Shown piece after piece: positions 1 through 12,582 of a DNA stretch of 62,000 bases; the stretch's first letter is position 1, and each line of letters opens with the position of its first letter. Below the pieces are notes generated by a model that was given only the letters and a program-made list of their open reading frames with translations, made no database searches and had not been told where the DNA came from. The DNA is from Diadema setosum (lineage: Eukaryota): the NCBI RefSeq assembly GCF_964275005.1, contig NC_092686.1, positions 46,252,001 through 46,314,000 on the forward strand. The letters are read 5' to 3'. Made by a program: the position numbers and the translations under genes.

Positions 1-1140
1 AAGCCTTTGCAAATTGGAGTGAACAGCCTTTTTTGCAGCACACAAATTTCATGAATTGATCAAGCACTAGGTCTAACTGTTACAGCAAGTAGCACAAGTC
101 AACTTACTTGCAGTGTCTAGCACTGTACTGTCATTCAATGCATTGTGCAGATAAAATCTTTCATGTGCATTTTACTTTGGTGAATCTTAGTTCCTTCGAA
201 AATTCGCATAAGTTTCATGCACGTGAAAATTTCTGGTTTTACAGCACCTATTTCTAAAATGATATTTATCTACAACATAATGCACTACTGTCATCCCCCC
301 CCCCCACACACACACACACACACACTCACACATGCAGGTGTATAGCAACAAATATAATATAAGAACATCCAATATTACATAAATTTCAGCTCTTCAGGGA
401 GAGTATTTGTGAAAAGAAAAAAGAAAAGACAGATGTAGCTTCATTATGGCTTAAATCTCACAGTATGAAATGGGATTAAACTGTATCACTGGTACAATGT
501 GATTAACCCTTTGTGAGATATGTTCGCATGCAGGACTTAATTGATGGCATGCCAACAAGTTCACATATTTTGCTCAAATGCACAAATCCACCCAAACCAA
601 GAAATAAATCGCCAAATGCTACAGTGCAATGAAAGCTTTACTCGTGATACAATTCTTCTCACATGTTTATAGTAGCTTGTATTGTGTGGTGATTGAATGT
701 CAAGTGGTGTTTTCGAGTAAATTTCAAATTTTTGTCACTGCTTTGTGTGCAAAAGTCATGCCTGTACCATTATATACATTGTACCTACTGGTCATTTGAA
801 GGAAAAGAACAATCATACATTTGCCATGAAAATCACATCACAGGAAAGCTTGGAATTTTCCCTACAATTTTGTTCACTGCATGTCCAGCATAACAAAAAT
901 TAATATTAAAAAAATTATTACATGTGAGGCTTACACCATGGTGCATAAAGACTTCATACTTACGAGGTTTTGAAAAAACACATGAAGTCAGGAATAATAA
1001 AGTAAGTCAGGCTTGAAAAGGTTAGTTTGAATTGGCCACGAGGTAGATTGACTCATATACCTTCAAAATTGCTGATATAGTCTCATCTTTTGACTTATTT
1101 GTAGCATTCCTTTTGCTGGTTTTTGTTCCAAACTGCTTTA

Positions 1141-1164
1141 TCATTCATCATCCTTCAAAACAGT
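1141..1164 (-). CDS. Candidate terminal exon (TVLKDDE*) of the POLR1G-like gene, or an exon of a neighbouring gene
   Basis: Textbook acceptor on the minus strand: CTAAC branch point, then TTATTTTTCCAG|. Phase 0 fits the 18457 donor. Confidence 0.35.
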   Translation of the reverse strand, partial: TVLKDDE

Positions 1165-2656
1165 CTGGAAAAATAATTTTGAAAACAGTTAGTTTTTTCA
1201 TTTAACGACCTGATGAATACAGTACTACACACAATATTCCTACAGCACAAAAGCAAAAAAATAAAAAATAAAATAAAATAATAATAATAAATAAAAAATA
1301 AATAAAATCATTGTCTCGTAGGCTAATAAAAACACCTGTTATACTGTTAACAATTCATCAAACCCTTGTCATGTTTCTTTGCAATGCTATGTCACTCTGG
1401 GGAGCAGAGCAGGTCTACACTACCTGGAGAGACCCAATTTTCCACTGGACTACCTGACCAGACAGAAAAATGGCTGTGACGACAAACACACCGGCCACAT
1501 GCTCCTAGCTTCATTGTATCAGCCGAGCTAGTAGAGCTTTATGTTTGTTACCTCTGAGGTGATGAAACACTGTGGCCTTGCACTAACGAAGAATTGCCTC
1601 ATTAATTTGCTCTATGTGTTCGCTCCTTGTAAAACGTCATGCGTCACTCTCTAAAGCAGCAGTGATTCCGTCTCCATCGATAGGTGGATAATTGGTATCC
1701 AGGAGGGATGGGGTATAACCAGACAGCAAAGGTGACTTGGCAAACTTCACAGAAGATCATAAAACAAAACAGTAAATCTTTCTGAAATTAATCCAACAAA
1801 TTGTATTCACAACATCAGCTGTTGATTCAAATCACCAAATGGCAGTCAAAGACAATAATGAACTGACAATCGATTTGAATCATGATTTTATACTTACTCC
1901 CGTTATGCACAAATCAATCAAACGTTCCCTTGGTGCATTAGTTTTGTTTAATTTTAATGCCGGTGACATGCACATATTTATTATGATTTTTATGCACAGT
2001 CAACAGGTCAAAGTTTCAATAAATCATGAGGTATTTTGATTTTAGTTGTAAAAAGACAAAGATGATGATAATGAAGAAGCTGATGAAGGAGAAAACAACA
2101 AAAACAGCAAAGAAGAAAAAGTATAGGAGGAATTTAGAATAGAAAGAAAAACAATATGAAGAAAAAAAGAAAAATGAAAAAGAAGTAAGGAGAAAAAGTG
2201 CAAAAATGAAGACAGAGAAGGAGAAGAGAAAGAAAAATTAGAAGATAATGGTGAACAGTATAAAAAAAGAGGAAATACAAGATGTTGATTTGGGCACCAA
2301 AGGCTCAACTGCCAAAGAAGGCTTTCCTCCCCCCCTCCCCCCTCCCCCCACCTTGACAGTGCCTGCTGCCTAGCAGGTTTTCCCAAGGAGTGATCAAGTC
2401 TCCCTGAAAAGCAGGACTCCTGACGTGTGTGACACATCCCAGCACCCTGGATCCAAGGGTCCGAAATTGTGATTACCAGTCACTCATCATACAGCGAGCG
2501 GCAAGGAATGAACCAACATGCACGAAAGCGTCACCTCAATGTGCACTAGCTGAGAAGGTAACAAGAAGTGATTATGTGACGGCCAACACTGATTATGTCT
2601 GGGAGTGAGTTACAAGAGTATGTAAAACATATCCTGTGAGTATAGAGGGTGCTTAA

Positions 2657-3014
2657 AGGCATAATTTACCATTTGCAGATGAAACAAAAACCCAGCATTA
2701 GTCCTTTAAAATAGTTATAAAATGTGAGTTGGGATAGAAACAACCACTGTAAAAATTTGAATCTGTACAATCAATGTTAAGTATTGTTAAATGCACAAAA
2801 TGTGAACGATAGTTATAATAAGAATGTTTCCAGACTAAACCGTCTACAGTTATGGTTTATTGAGAAAAGTACTGATATCGCCTTATATTTTAGGCTTTAT
2901 TGCAAAAATGTTATATGGTAGGATGTTTTGTGATCCAACAAATCTACACATATGCATCAAATGTGATATCTTGAAATTTTTTTAAATCTCTGCTCCCAAA
3001 GGTAAACAAGACCT
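2657..3014. mobile_element. Non-autonomous DNA transposon, Kolobok-like (family K1, copy 1)
   Basis: TTAA|AGG...CCT|TTAA; near-identical copy at 8222-8587. Confidence 0.75.
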
Positions 3015-3029
3015 TTAAGATCCCATTAA

Positions 3030-3114
3030 CCCATTGAGGACGAGTCCCGAGTATATTCAGGCGAGTGTCTATGGGAAATGTGTGTTGTAGCAAAATTAGC
3101 CCGTCCTCAACAGG
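3030..3114. mobile_element. ~85 bp piggyBac-like mini-MITE
   Basis: TTAA|CCCATTGAGGACG...CGTCCTCAACAGG|TTAA; inverted copy at 34682-34764 and a fragment at ~21468-21510. Confidence 0.7.
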
Positions 3115-5361
3115 TTAAAAAAAAAAAAAAAAAAAAAAAAAATGAGCTGAACATAAGCCCCAATAAGTGAAGCTGGTCCAAGTGAAGCTATTCTATCTGA
3201 TGCATACTTTATGCACTGGGTGTGTTTTGAGACCTCTAAACCATTCCCCAAGAAACCTTTAATTCTCAAAGATCATCGGATCTAGGAGTTTAGCTCAGCC
3301 ATACATTCATTACAAATGGTTTAGCTCATGTGCATTTCAAACTCAAGTCTAGTTCAAGACAGAAATTCTGAGCTAAAAAGCACTAAATATCTTTTTCTCA
3401 TTTTTGCCAGCATTTTCATCACATAAAGCCCAGTGAGGCCAAGATAAGGACTGATTAAGGGTAATGGGCAAAATGATGGGGGTAAAGAGTCCAATGTTAA
3501 GGACACCTGTTTTAAGCGAGTGGGACAGGAAGAGGACTGGGGGTGGGGAAGAGACACACACTGAGGACTGGGTGAACTTGATGGCGACGCTGACGTCCCA
3601 ATTGTCAACAGCCACAGGAAGCTTGTGTGTGAGGTCCTTCGCATCATGAGGTAAAAATGGGAAAACCATGAACCCAGTGAATGTCACAAAACATTCTGCC
3701 CTCAAGGTGAAGGTTTCCATCATGAATAAATGGCTGACCTGCACTTTTGTCCATGAATGATAACATCCGCCTTTACCTCACCTCTTCAGCAAAATATCAA
3801 ACCATTCACTAAGTTTTGCACCTCTGTCGCCAACTGGCCACCAAACACAAAGACTCTTTCCTTTTTAGTCTAGATGTCTTATTTTCTCTCATTTTTCCTT
3901 GTTTGGCCAAGCATAAAATGATTCATTCACTGTCATGAATTCCTAACAAATAATCACTGCTGCCTCATTCAGCAACTTGCCAAACTTTCGTTTGTTTTCC
4001 ATGCTGTTCTACTCTCAGACTTACTTTGTTCTTTATCAGTCTCTAAAGAGTCTCTCTCTGAATGATTAACAGACATGATCTTGAGTGAGACTATATCCAC
4101 AGTTGTGTTTCCAGTGTGAAGTTAATATGCTCTTAAAGTCAATATCTTGAAACATTTTAACTGGTGACAGCTCTCTTTACTAGCAAGAATTTCATATCTG
4201 TACAAAGATTACATAAAAATCACAATTCTGATGAAAACCAAACATAAAAACATAAAATGCAATGATACACATTTGGCCACGGGAGAGTTTTGGCTTACAC
4301 AGTTTGGAGGGAGTGTATAGCAAGTCATACACTGACTCAATAATTTTTTCAACGTGTTGTTGCGTTTTTGTCATATTTATTCTGAAGTATGTAAAATGTG
4401 ATTTCCCCCCCCCCCCAAAAAAAAAAGTAGAACATGTGATGATGTGTACATCTTCATAGAAAATGAACAGTTTTGTGTGAGATATACTGTCTCTTACCAT
4501 CCTCTCTCTTCCTTCCCTTCACCCACTCTTCTCTCAATTTATCTTTCTATCTATCTATCTATCTTTCTATAACTCTCGTGCTTTATTCAGTTCGCCGCAG
4601 AGGACCTGTTCACTGCTGTCATCTAACATGGGTTCATATCCTCCCTGAGTCACAGGTTTTTCCTGCGGAGGAAAACACCTGCGCAGACGGAACCCCCCTC
4701 TCGTCGTCAGCGTGTTTACGACCGGGGCTTGGCATACAGGAAAGGAAGTTTGTTTGTCAGCACACTAGCAGGAAACAATACGAGTTATCTGGCTACCTCA
4801 GTACAAATAGCGTCTACTTTGGCTGCGATTCTTACTTGTTTCTATTCATTCATGAATCATGCAGTGCTCATTCATAGAAGGAAAAAATATTCACATTCTT
4901 GAACCAACACTATGTACATTCTAAGTAACACTCAGATTTCCATCCCTCCCCAAAGAAAAAACAAACAAACAAACAAACAAACAAATAAACAAACTAACTA
5001 ACTAACTAACTAACAAATGCACTAAAAGAAAAATATATCAGTCTGGCCAGAATTTAGATACAATCAATACCACAGTCCAGCAAACTTGTGACACTGTGAT
5101 CACAAGATATATTGAGAAACATACCCGGTAACTGAGAGCATCTCCTTGACTTGGATGCCATGGTGACGGTACCAAGGGACCAATCATACTCTCTCTTCTC
5201 ATAATTGCAAATGACAAACTTATCAACAGGTTCTTAATTCAGTATGTACTGTGACAGAATGTGAAAGATTTTGAACAGAATGTGTCAGCACAGCACAGAG
5301 ACTGGCAATGGCAAAGATAGAGGTCGTCTTAGGTCAAAGTTGGATAGGAGTGGGGTAACTA

Positions 5362-5791
5362 AGACCCCGTTTACAGTGTAGGGCTGGGCCGAGCCCAGGC
5401 CGAACCCTGGCTTAGCGCAGCCTCAATTGTGGTACTCGGCCCTGCCGAGCCCTGGCCGAGCGCAGCCTAAATTGCGGTACTCGGCCCCGCAATTCTGTTC
5501 GTTTACAGTGGAGGGCTCGGCCCAAGCTTTTAATTCAAACCTTTCAATATTTTGTGTGTGCTCTGCTTGTAAACAAATGATTATCTGGGAGAACACCGGT
5601 CACAATTTGGCCCAGTTTGTGTTTACAGTGAGAAAAGCAGGCTGAGCCCAGGCTGAGCCCGGGCTGAGACTACCTCCAGAGCTTGGCCAAATGCGCGGCC
5701 GTTTTGGGTACCGCATTTGGCCTTTTGAGCGTTTACAGTGAAAGGAAGGCCAGGCTCAGCCCGGCCTTTTCACTCACTGTAAACAGGGTCT
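5362..5791. mobile_element. MITE, probably PIF/Harbinger-like
   Basis: TIR AGACCCCGTTTACAGTG / CACTGTAAACAGGGTCT, internal GTTTACAGTG and GAGCCCAGGC repeats; TSD ambiguous (TA or TWA). Confidence 0.65.
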
Positions 5792-6162
5792 TACTCCCCT
5801 AAAATAATGGAGAAAGAAACAAGAAAATATATCAATGATGCTGAAGAAAATACAGTCTAATGGCATGGCATTGTACCATCTTCCTTTAAAGTAGGTATAA
5901 TCTCCTTGTCATCTCATTGTCTTGGGGACTAGATGGCGACCAGGATGTGACTCAAGTCTCACTGGTCAAAGAGTGGTCGTGGAGACATCTCCACCCTTCT
6001 CCTGGAGACTAGTTTTTGTTGTTGTTTTATAGAAAGAAAGAAGAGAGAGAAAAATGGGGCCCTATACAAATAATTTGCCCCAGACAGCACTTAACATAAA
6101 ACAGACATTATAGATCTTAGAAAAAGATAAACAAGATTATTAAATATATATGTATGTACCAA

Positions 6163-6276
6163 GTCTCCACGAGGGAGCTCATATTATCTCCACAAAGGAG
6201 CTCATTAAGTCTCCACGGGGGAGCTCATATTGTCTCCACAAAGGAGCTAATTAGGTCTCCACGGGGGAGCTCATAT
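6163..6276. repeat. Minisatellite, ~23 bp unit x5 with alternating variants (TCTCCACrrrGGAGCTCAT..)
   Basis: Read directly; embedded in a region rich in GGAGAC/GTCTCC motifs (5920-6430). Confidence 0.8.
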
Positions 6277-6978
6277 GATATTTATGAATACCTCAAATTC
6301 TTTAGTTAAGCAAACTCAAACTAGTCTGGAGACTAGTCTGGTCTCCAGATATGAGAGAGAATCAAGGAGTCACAAGAAAGTGTTCAGTTTTATGGAGATT
6401 TTTTTCCAGTCTCCAGCTGGTCTCAGAGTTGTCGTTTAATACAACGACATTAGTTGTTGTTTAATACAACGACATTAGTTGGATCATATTTTCACTCTGC
6501 AGTCCCTATATGATATTCAATATAAAAAAGTATCAACTTTTTTGACATAGAATGTATATTCTTTTGAAAATGAAACCACAGAGGAGGTTCTGTACACCCT
6601 GAGAAATGATGGATATCTCACTTTTTCACATCTCAGAGGCATTTTAACTCATATATACCCAACTAAGAATTCAATATTCACACAGGCATAATAAATTTCC
6701 CACGGCAGTGAGCTTGGCTGCGTGTTGAGTGGTGCATGGATAAAGTTTTTGTCATATCAAGGTTACACAGGAATTTTGGCAATCAAAAGGAATCAATCAG
6801 CCATAACAAATCTTTCCCAAATATAGCATGCCAGATGCAGAGAGTGACAGTTATGTTTGTTGGAGTTACAAATTATCAAAATCAATTACAAAAACCAACA
6901 ACCCATGAATGAGGTAAAGCTACACCTCTTGATTTCAGGACACTTAGGGTGTGTGACTCACAGGTGGGATACCACAAT

Positions 6979-7977
6979 AGTTACGTTCAGACGGGAGCCC
7001 TTAACCTCGAAGTTAGGAAACTTCGAGGTTAGAGCTTGTAGTTAGGGACCGTGAAGACGCACTCATAGTTAGCAAACCTCAAGGTTTGCTTGATGTTTCG
7101 AGCCATAAGAAATCTTATGGTTAGCGCTCTAACCACGAGCCGCGGGGGGTCCCCACTCGTAGTTACGCACCGTGTGGACACAAAAAACAACGAACTCGAA
7201 GTTAAGAGTGACCCCGCCGTGAACCCCAGCCCCCATAATTTCCCTCTGCTTCCGGGTCAACCTCCCAAACGCACCGTACCCAGCACAGTATCTAGCAGCA
7301 GTAATGTCATTGGTGGCGGAAAGCTACAGCTAAGCACGTCATGCTGTACGACCATCTCTCAAGCTAGTCTGTTCTTATAAATATGTCAAAATTCAAAAGT
7401 TGCATAGGCCTACCTGAAGTTTGCAAGCCAATCTTCATCACTCCATTCCTCCATAACAATGGTGTTCCACCAATGTAGACTCTTGGGGAAAACCCACCAC
7501 CTTCGCGGTTGTCTCTCTTGCGCAATTGCTATGTTCCTGAAATGGCGTTGGTATCGCTCCCTTCTATCAGCTTCTTCTGACAGGTATCGTTTTTGTTTCA
7601 GTGACCTCACGATCACTGGGACAAGAAAATCGGACAAATCCACCGATGATTCGCATTCGAGGGCTAGCGGAATCACCGCCCGTTTTGCCGGCTCCATTTT
7701 CCTTCACTTTCAGATTTGAATTTTCCCGGTCGATGGCGCGCCCGTTCCCGCGCGCCCCTCGTAATCTCGTATTGGGGTCACCGCGAAACTTTCGGTTTTG
7801 TGGTTTTAACATCGAGCGAGACCCACTCGTAGTTTCGGGGGGCAGAAGCGTAACCTCGAAGTTTTGTAATCTCGAGGTTACGATTCGTCGTGTGGACACA
7901 CGTCGTAATTAGGGGGCAAAAGCTAAACCTCGAAGTTTCCTAACTTCGAGGTTAAGAACTCCCGTCTGAACGTAACT
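6979..7977 (-). mobile_element. PIF/Harbinger deletion derivative (999 bp) retaining the first transposase exon
   Basis: ~50 bp TIRs AGTTACGTTCAGACGGGAG..TTAACCTCGAAGTTAGGAAACTTCGAGGTT; 3-bp TSD AAT on both sides. Confidence 0.85.
7410..7697 (-). pseudogene. Harbinger transposase N-terminal exon fragment
   Basis: RRWWVFPKSLHWWNTIVMEEWSDEDWLANFR is the typical Harbinger/HARBI1-like N-terminal W-x-x-NFR motif. It is followed by an AG|GTAGG donor, and no DDE exons remain. Confidence 0.75.
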
Positions 7978-8221
7978 AATGTAATGTGTGAAGCCTTTAT
8001 ATCACATTTATAAATCTGTCATATTGTAGCCTCATCTTTTCTCACAAAGTACAGGCAATGCTCTTTAGCAGGAATAAAAATGCCCCACGAAATATCTTTG
8101 AGGCAATACATGCATTATATCTGATAACAAACAAAAACTTTATTGATAGCCTGACATGGTCACAATATACAACTTGCATAAACTGACGGAAAAGGATAGG
8201 AAATCAAATTTGATATATTAA

Positions 8222-8587
8222 AGGCATAATATACCATTTGCAGATGAAACAAAAACCCAGCATTAGTGCTTTAAAATAGTTCTGAAATGTGAGTTAGGGA
8301 TAGAAACAACCACTGTAAAAATTTAAATCAGTAAAATCAATGCTAAATATTGTTAAATATACAAAATGTGAACAATACTTACAATAAAAATGTTTCTAGA
8401 CTAAACCGTCTACAGTTACGGTTTATTGAGGAAAAATACAGATATCTCCTTATATTTTAGGCTTTATCGCAAACATTTTATATGATAAAATGTTTTGTGG
8501 TACAACAGACCTACACATATGCATTAAATGTCCTATCTTCAATGAAATAAAAAAAAAAATCACTGTTCCCAAAGGTAAACAGGACCT
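8222..8587. mobile_element. Kolobok-like MITE (family K1, copy 2)
   Basis: TTAA|AGGCATAAT...GGACCT|TTAA; collinear with 2657-3014. Confidence 0.75.
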
Positions 8588-9409
8588 TTAATATGATACT
8601 CATAGACCATACTGCACAATTACATATACTTACTGGCTTTGTACCAATTGCTCCCACAGGGCAAAGTAAAACAAATGTGTGTGTGTGGTTTTTTTTGTGT
8701 GTGTGTGTGTGTTGTTTTTTTGTTTTTTTGTTTTTTTTTTGGTTTTTGGGTTTTGTTTTTTGTTTTTTTGTTTTTGTTTTTGTTTTTTGTTTTTTTGGGG
8801 GGGGGGGTGTTTGTTTGTTTTTTTTACAAAATGAATCCAGCTCACAAGTACAGTATCAAGTGTAGTATAGCATATAGCACATAGCATACATGTTGTGCAG
8901 TGTTGGATCTTGAGTTAGAGGGGTTAATCAGGTCAAGTGAAGGTATGTATCATGCTATCTGCTGGCAACACTGACCTTGATATGGTAACTAATCTGACAT
9001 GATATGAATAACCCTGCGAGAGTTAATCTCTGAAGGATATGAAGTGATACTAATTTATCACGTCTTTGTTGAATGGATATCGTTTGCACAGCATTTTGGT
9101 TTGTACAATGCCCTTGATTTTTTAAGTCGACTCCAATGTTATGAAAGCTGGAAAACATATACTGACAACATCACTCATCTTGCCCATTACAACAAACAAT
9201 GAAAGGAATATAACATGTTGGTTGTAGAGACATGGTATGTATATGTAAATTCAAATAATGCAGGGAAATGTTTAAGCACACAATCTCTCTGTTTCAAATT
9301 TTCCTCAAGTTCTGCTACTGGGCTAAGTGCAAGATAACATGCACATTAAGTATGGGACATGTCAGGTTTTCATGGTCTGAAAAACAACTGGTGTAAATGA
9401 CCTTTGATT

Positions 9410-9593
9410 CGTATCAGGGCAATTACCCCCGAGCAAGGACAATTACCCCCGGCTAATTACTGGTTAGTGATAAGGTTAGAGTAAAGATTAGGGTTAGGTT
9501 TAGGGTCAGAATTTGGGCTAGGGTTAGGATAAGGATCATGACTAGGATTAGGGTTAGAGTCAGGGGAAGGGTCTGGGATAATTGCCCTGGACC
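9410..9593. mobile_element. MULE-like MITE with internal degenerate TTAGGG repeats
   Basis: TIR CAGGGCAATT / AATTGCCCTG; 9-bp TSD CCTTTGATT at 9401-9409 and 9594-9602. Confidence 0.7.
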
Positions 9594-9889
9594 CCTTTGA
9601 TTATATACTGAACTTCATCATGTTGATTGATATCTAGGAGAAGAATAATCATATAAAAAATGGCAACAAAGTACCTTTACAATTTATACTTCAGAAGAGA
9701 AAATATGTGCTGTAATGTATGGGACCGGAAAAAAAAATTGTGTGTGTGTGTTTGTTTTTTTCAAAAAAATAGCAAAATTGCAACTGAGTTCAATGCAATG
9801 TTTAGTAAGGTAGGAAACATGCTTCTGAAATAAATTTTGATAAGAGACACTGTGACTATCCTCAGTTGAAAAGTTTGAAGCAGGCAAAA

Positions 9890-10003
9890 TCTAAATTTGT
9901 TTTTGAGGATATCCCTGTTGAATCTCCTTTAAAGGAACATAGTACTAGTAATCTTAAATTGTACTAAGGCTGTAGGTCTTGATGATTTGCATCTCAGATT
10001 ATC
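9890..10003 (+). mobile_element. LINE (CR1/L2-like) ORF2 relic, left half
   Basis: SKFVFEDIPVES..LKE..SNL/NCTKAVGLDDLHLRL (one frameshift), matching the FxF...L..L..KAxGxD motif just before the RT domain. Confidence 0.65.
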
Positions 10004-10993
10004 AACTAGATATATCGCTACGGCGACTGATATGCCTCCGCCATAATGCATGGTTCTCCTAATAGGTCTATAGTACAATGTCTTGACAATGTGTGATGAC
10101 AGTTTCACACAATTGGCAAAATATTAAAATGACAGGTTTGCCACAAATGTGCTGAATGTCCACTTTCCTAGAACTAGGTTCAATTGGATGAATGATTAAA
10201 AATGTCAGAGTGCAGGTATTTGGGGAACTGATGATTTTTACTTGACTTTTGACCCTTTTATAAGTTTATGCATTGAGTAATTTTTAAGGTATTGAGAAAA
10301 AGTATAATTTCAGTATCAAATGGGAAAATAGCATTATCTAAACCTGGCCTTTGAACTTTGACCTCACAGTTCCAAAGAGAATCACTGTTAGGTTGAACAT
10401 GCATAAATATGTAAGTTTCATGATGATACCTTGAGTTACTTTTGAGATATGGAGGAAAAAGTACAATTCAACACTTTCACTTGACCTTTGACCTTTTGGC
10501 AAGAGACTTCCCACAGTATATATATCGGGTAATACATGCATACATCAAGTTTCAAAAAAAAAAAACCTTCAGGCATTGCATAACCATAAGGAAAGTAGTG
10601 ATATTTTGATGAGTTGACCTTGACCTTTGACCCCCTGACCTTTGAACCATGACCCTCACCTTCCCTAGATAATCACTGCCCATTGGAACAAGCATATATA
10701 CTAAGTTCCATGAAGATACCTTGAACCATTTGCGAGATATGGAGAAAAACATGAATTTTCAACCTTTTTTTTCACAAAATAACCTGTGACCTTTGACCTT
10801 CGACCCCGTGACCCTAAAATCCAAACAAAGTATTATCCCCCCAGGATATACCCTCATACCAAGTTTGATGTAAAACCACCACACGGTTCTTGAGATATCG
10901 ACAAAAACAAAATGGGACGGACATACGGACGGACGGACGGACGGACGACCCGAAAACATAATGCCTCCGGCCACTTCGTTGGCGGAGGCATAA
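10004..10993 (-). mobile_element. Helentron/DINE-1(HINE)-like non-autonomous element, family H1 copy A
   Basis: Minus-strand 5' stem-loop ATGCCTCCG...CGGAGGCAT, (TCCG)n microsatellite, GACCTTTGACC-rich body, 3' subTIR, TCGC-CGTA-GCGA hairpin, CTAG-TT end; no TSD. Confidence 0.75.
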
Positions 10994-11000
10994 AAAAAAA

Positions 11001-11267
11001 TTGGTCACGAAGCAAGGCCAGCGTCGCACACACAAACAGACCCTGTAAAATTTACTTTTTCATGTATAAAGACGGAACAAGCGAGGGCACCATCACCAAA
11101 AACAATAGGCGTCTTCGTTTTACCATAACACACCTTCATGCCAAATTTGAAGATGATCTAAGAAGAACTGCAGCCAGTAAAGTGCTCACAAGAAAATCTC
11201 TGCGGCGGACGCGGCGCAACGAGGCCAAATCCATAGTATCCTCCGAACTCTGTTCAGGGGATACAAT
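11001..11267 (-). mobile_element. Truncated end of another HINE-like element
   Basis: CGGACGCGG motif and terminal stem-loop GTATCCTCCGAAC..GTTCAGGGGATAC; its other end is not present nearby. Confidence 0.45.
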
Positions 11268-11479
11268 GAGTGGATGACCTATATGTCAACACTCAGCATA
11301 CTTTCACACCCCATGATAGCATACTATGCAAATGATATGCAAATGAGTCCATTATATTATGCCCATTGCATATGGATATGAAAGATTGAAAATGCTGAAA
11401 AATGTGAAATACATACACTTTGTATGACTACGTTCCTCTTTAACTGGAACATTTTTTCTGTGTGTACAGCTATAATTGT

Positions 11480-11858
<379 letters not shown>

Positions 11859-12067
11859 AATTGAACTCTGCAATACATCTTGTAAAACTATGTCTGCTGA
11901 TTCTTTAACTCCTTTACATGTATCAGTGTTTTTTGTGAGTGAATATATGCTACTGCCATACATTGTACAGTACATGTGTGAATAATGTGCACAGCTATTA
12001 ATATTTACCAGGTACCATATTTTTTCCTTTCATTGATTTCACATTTTTCACAGAGGAAGACATTCAA

Positions 12068-12582
12068 AACTACAGAAGCACCCTGAGAGCACAGACCTCC
12101 GCCAAGCATGCAGCTCATTTCCACCACTGATCTTGTTCTTCCATAGAAGTGATTTCCACCCATACATACTTATAGCATTGTGTGCTGAAAGTCGCCCAAT
12201 TTCCCAATATAGAAACCTTTGTTACGTCATAAACCCTCAGCTGCACGGCGCGCCTCGCCCTGGCAGAAACTAGAGCACGCACTAGTGCGCGCATGCAAAC
12301 CTCAAATACGCGCAGCCTGAACTCCCAAGTTCATTGACCCTACCTGCCAAAATATCAAAAATCCTTCATAAATTCCTCCAAAATTCTCAGATCACTACCA
12401 AAATTTGATCATCTGTTACTTGTATCAATCTAAACCTTTCCTGCAAGTTTCATCCAAATTCGTTACCTACTTTTTGAGTTATTTTGCACACAGACAAACT
12501 AACTAACTAACTAACAAACAAACAAACAAACAAACAAACCAATGGTAACGAAAACATAACCTTCCCCCTGGGCGGAGGTAAT
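12068..12582 (-). mobile_element. HINE-like element, second family
   Basis: ACCTCCGCC subTIR near one end, (CTAA/CAAA)n microsatellite and ACCTTCC..GGCGGAGGT stem-loop at the other. Confidence 0.6.

Noticed and set aside
1559..1620. C/D box snoRNA (GTGATGA)
   Set aside because: No appropriately placed D box (CTGA) or terminal stem.
2042..2437. 131-aa hydrophobic ORF
   Set aside because: Antisense translation of a purine-rich low-complexity tract.
3770..4060. Additional POLR1G-like exons
   Set aside because: Candidate splice sites exist, but none gives an open phase-0 continuation from the 18457 donor and no motif supports them.
6163..6276. CRISPR-like short palindromic repeats
   Set aside because: Head-to-tail minisatellite without spacers.
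8593..8887. Overlapping Phe/Lys-rich ORFs
   Set aside because: Translation of GT/T-rich simple repeats.
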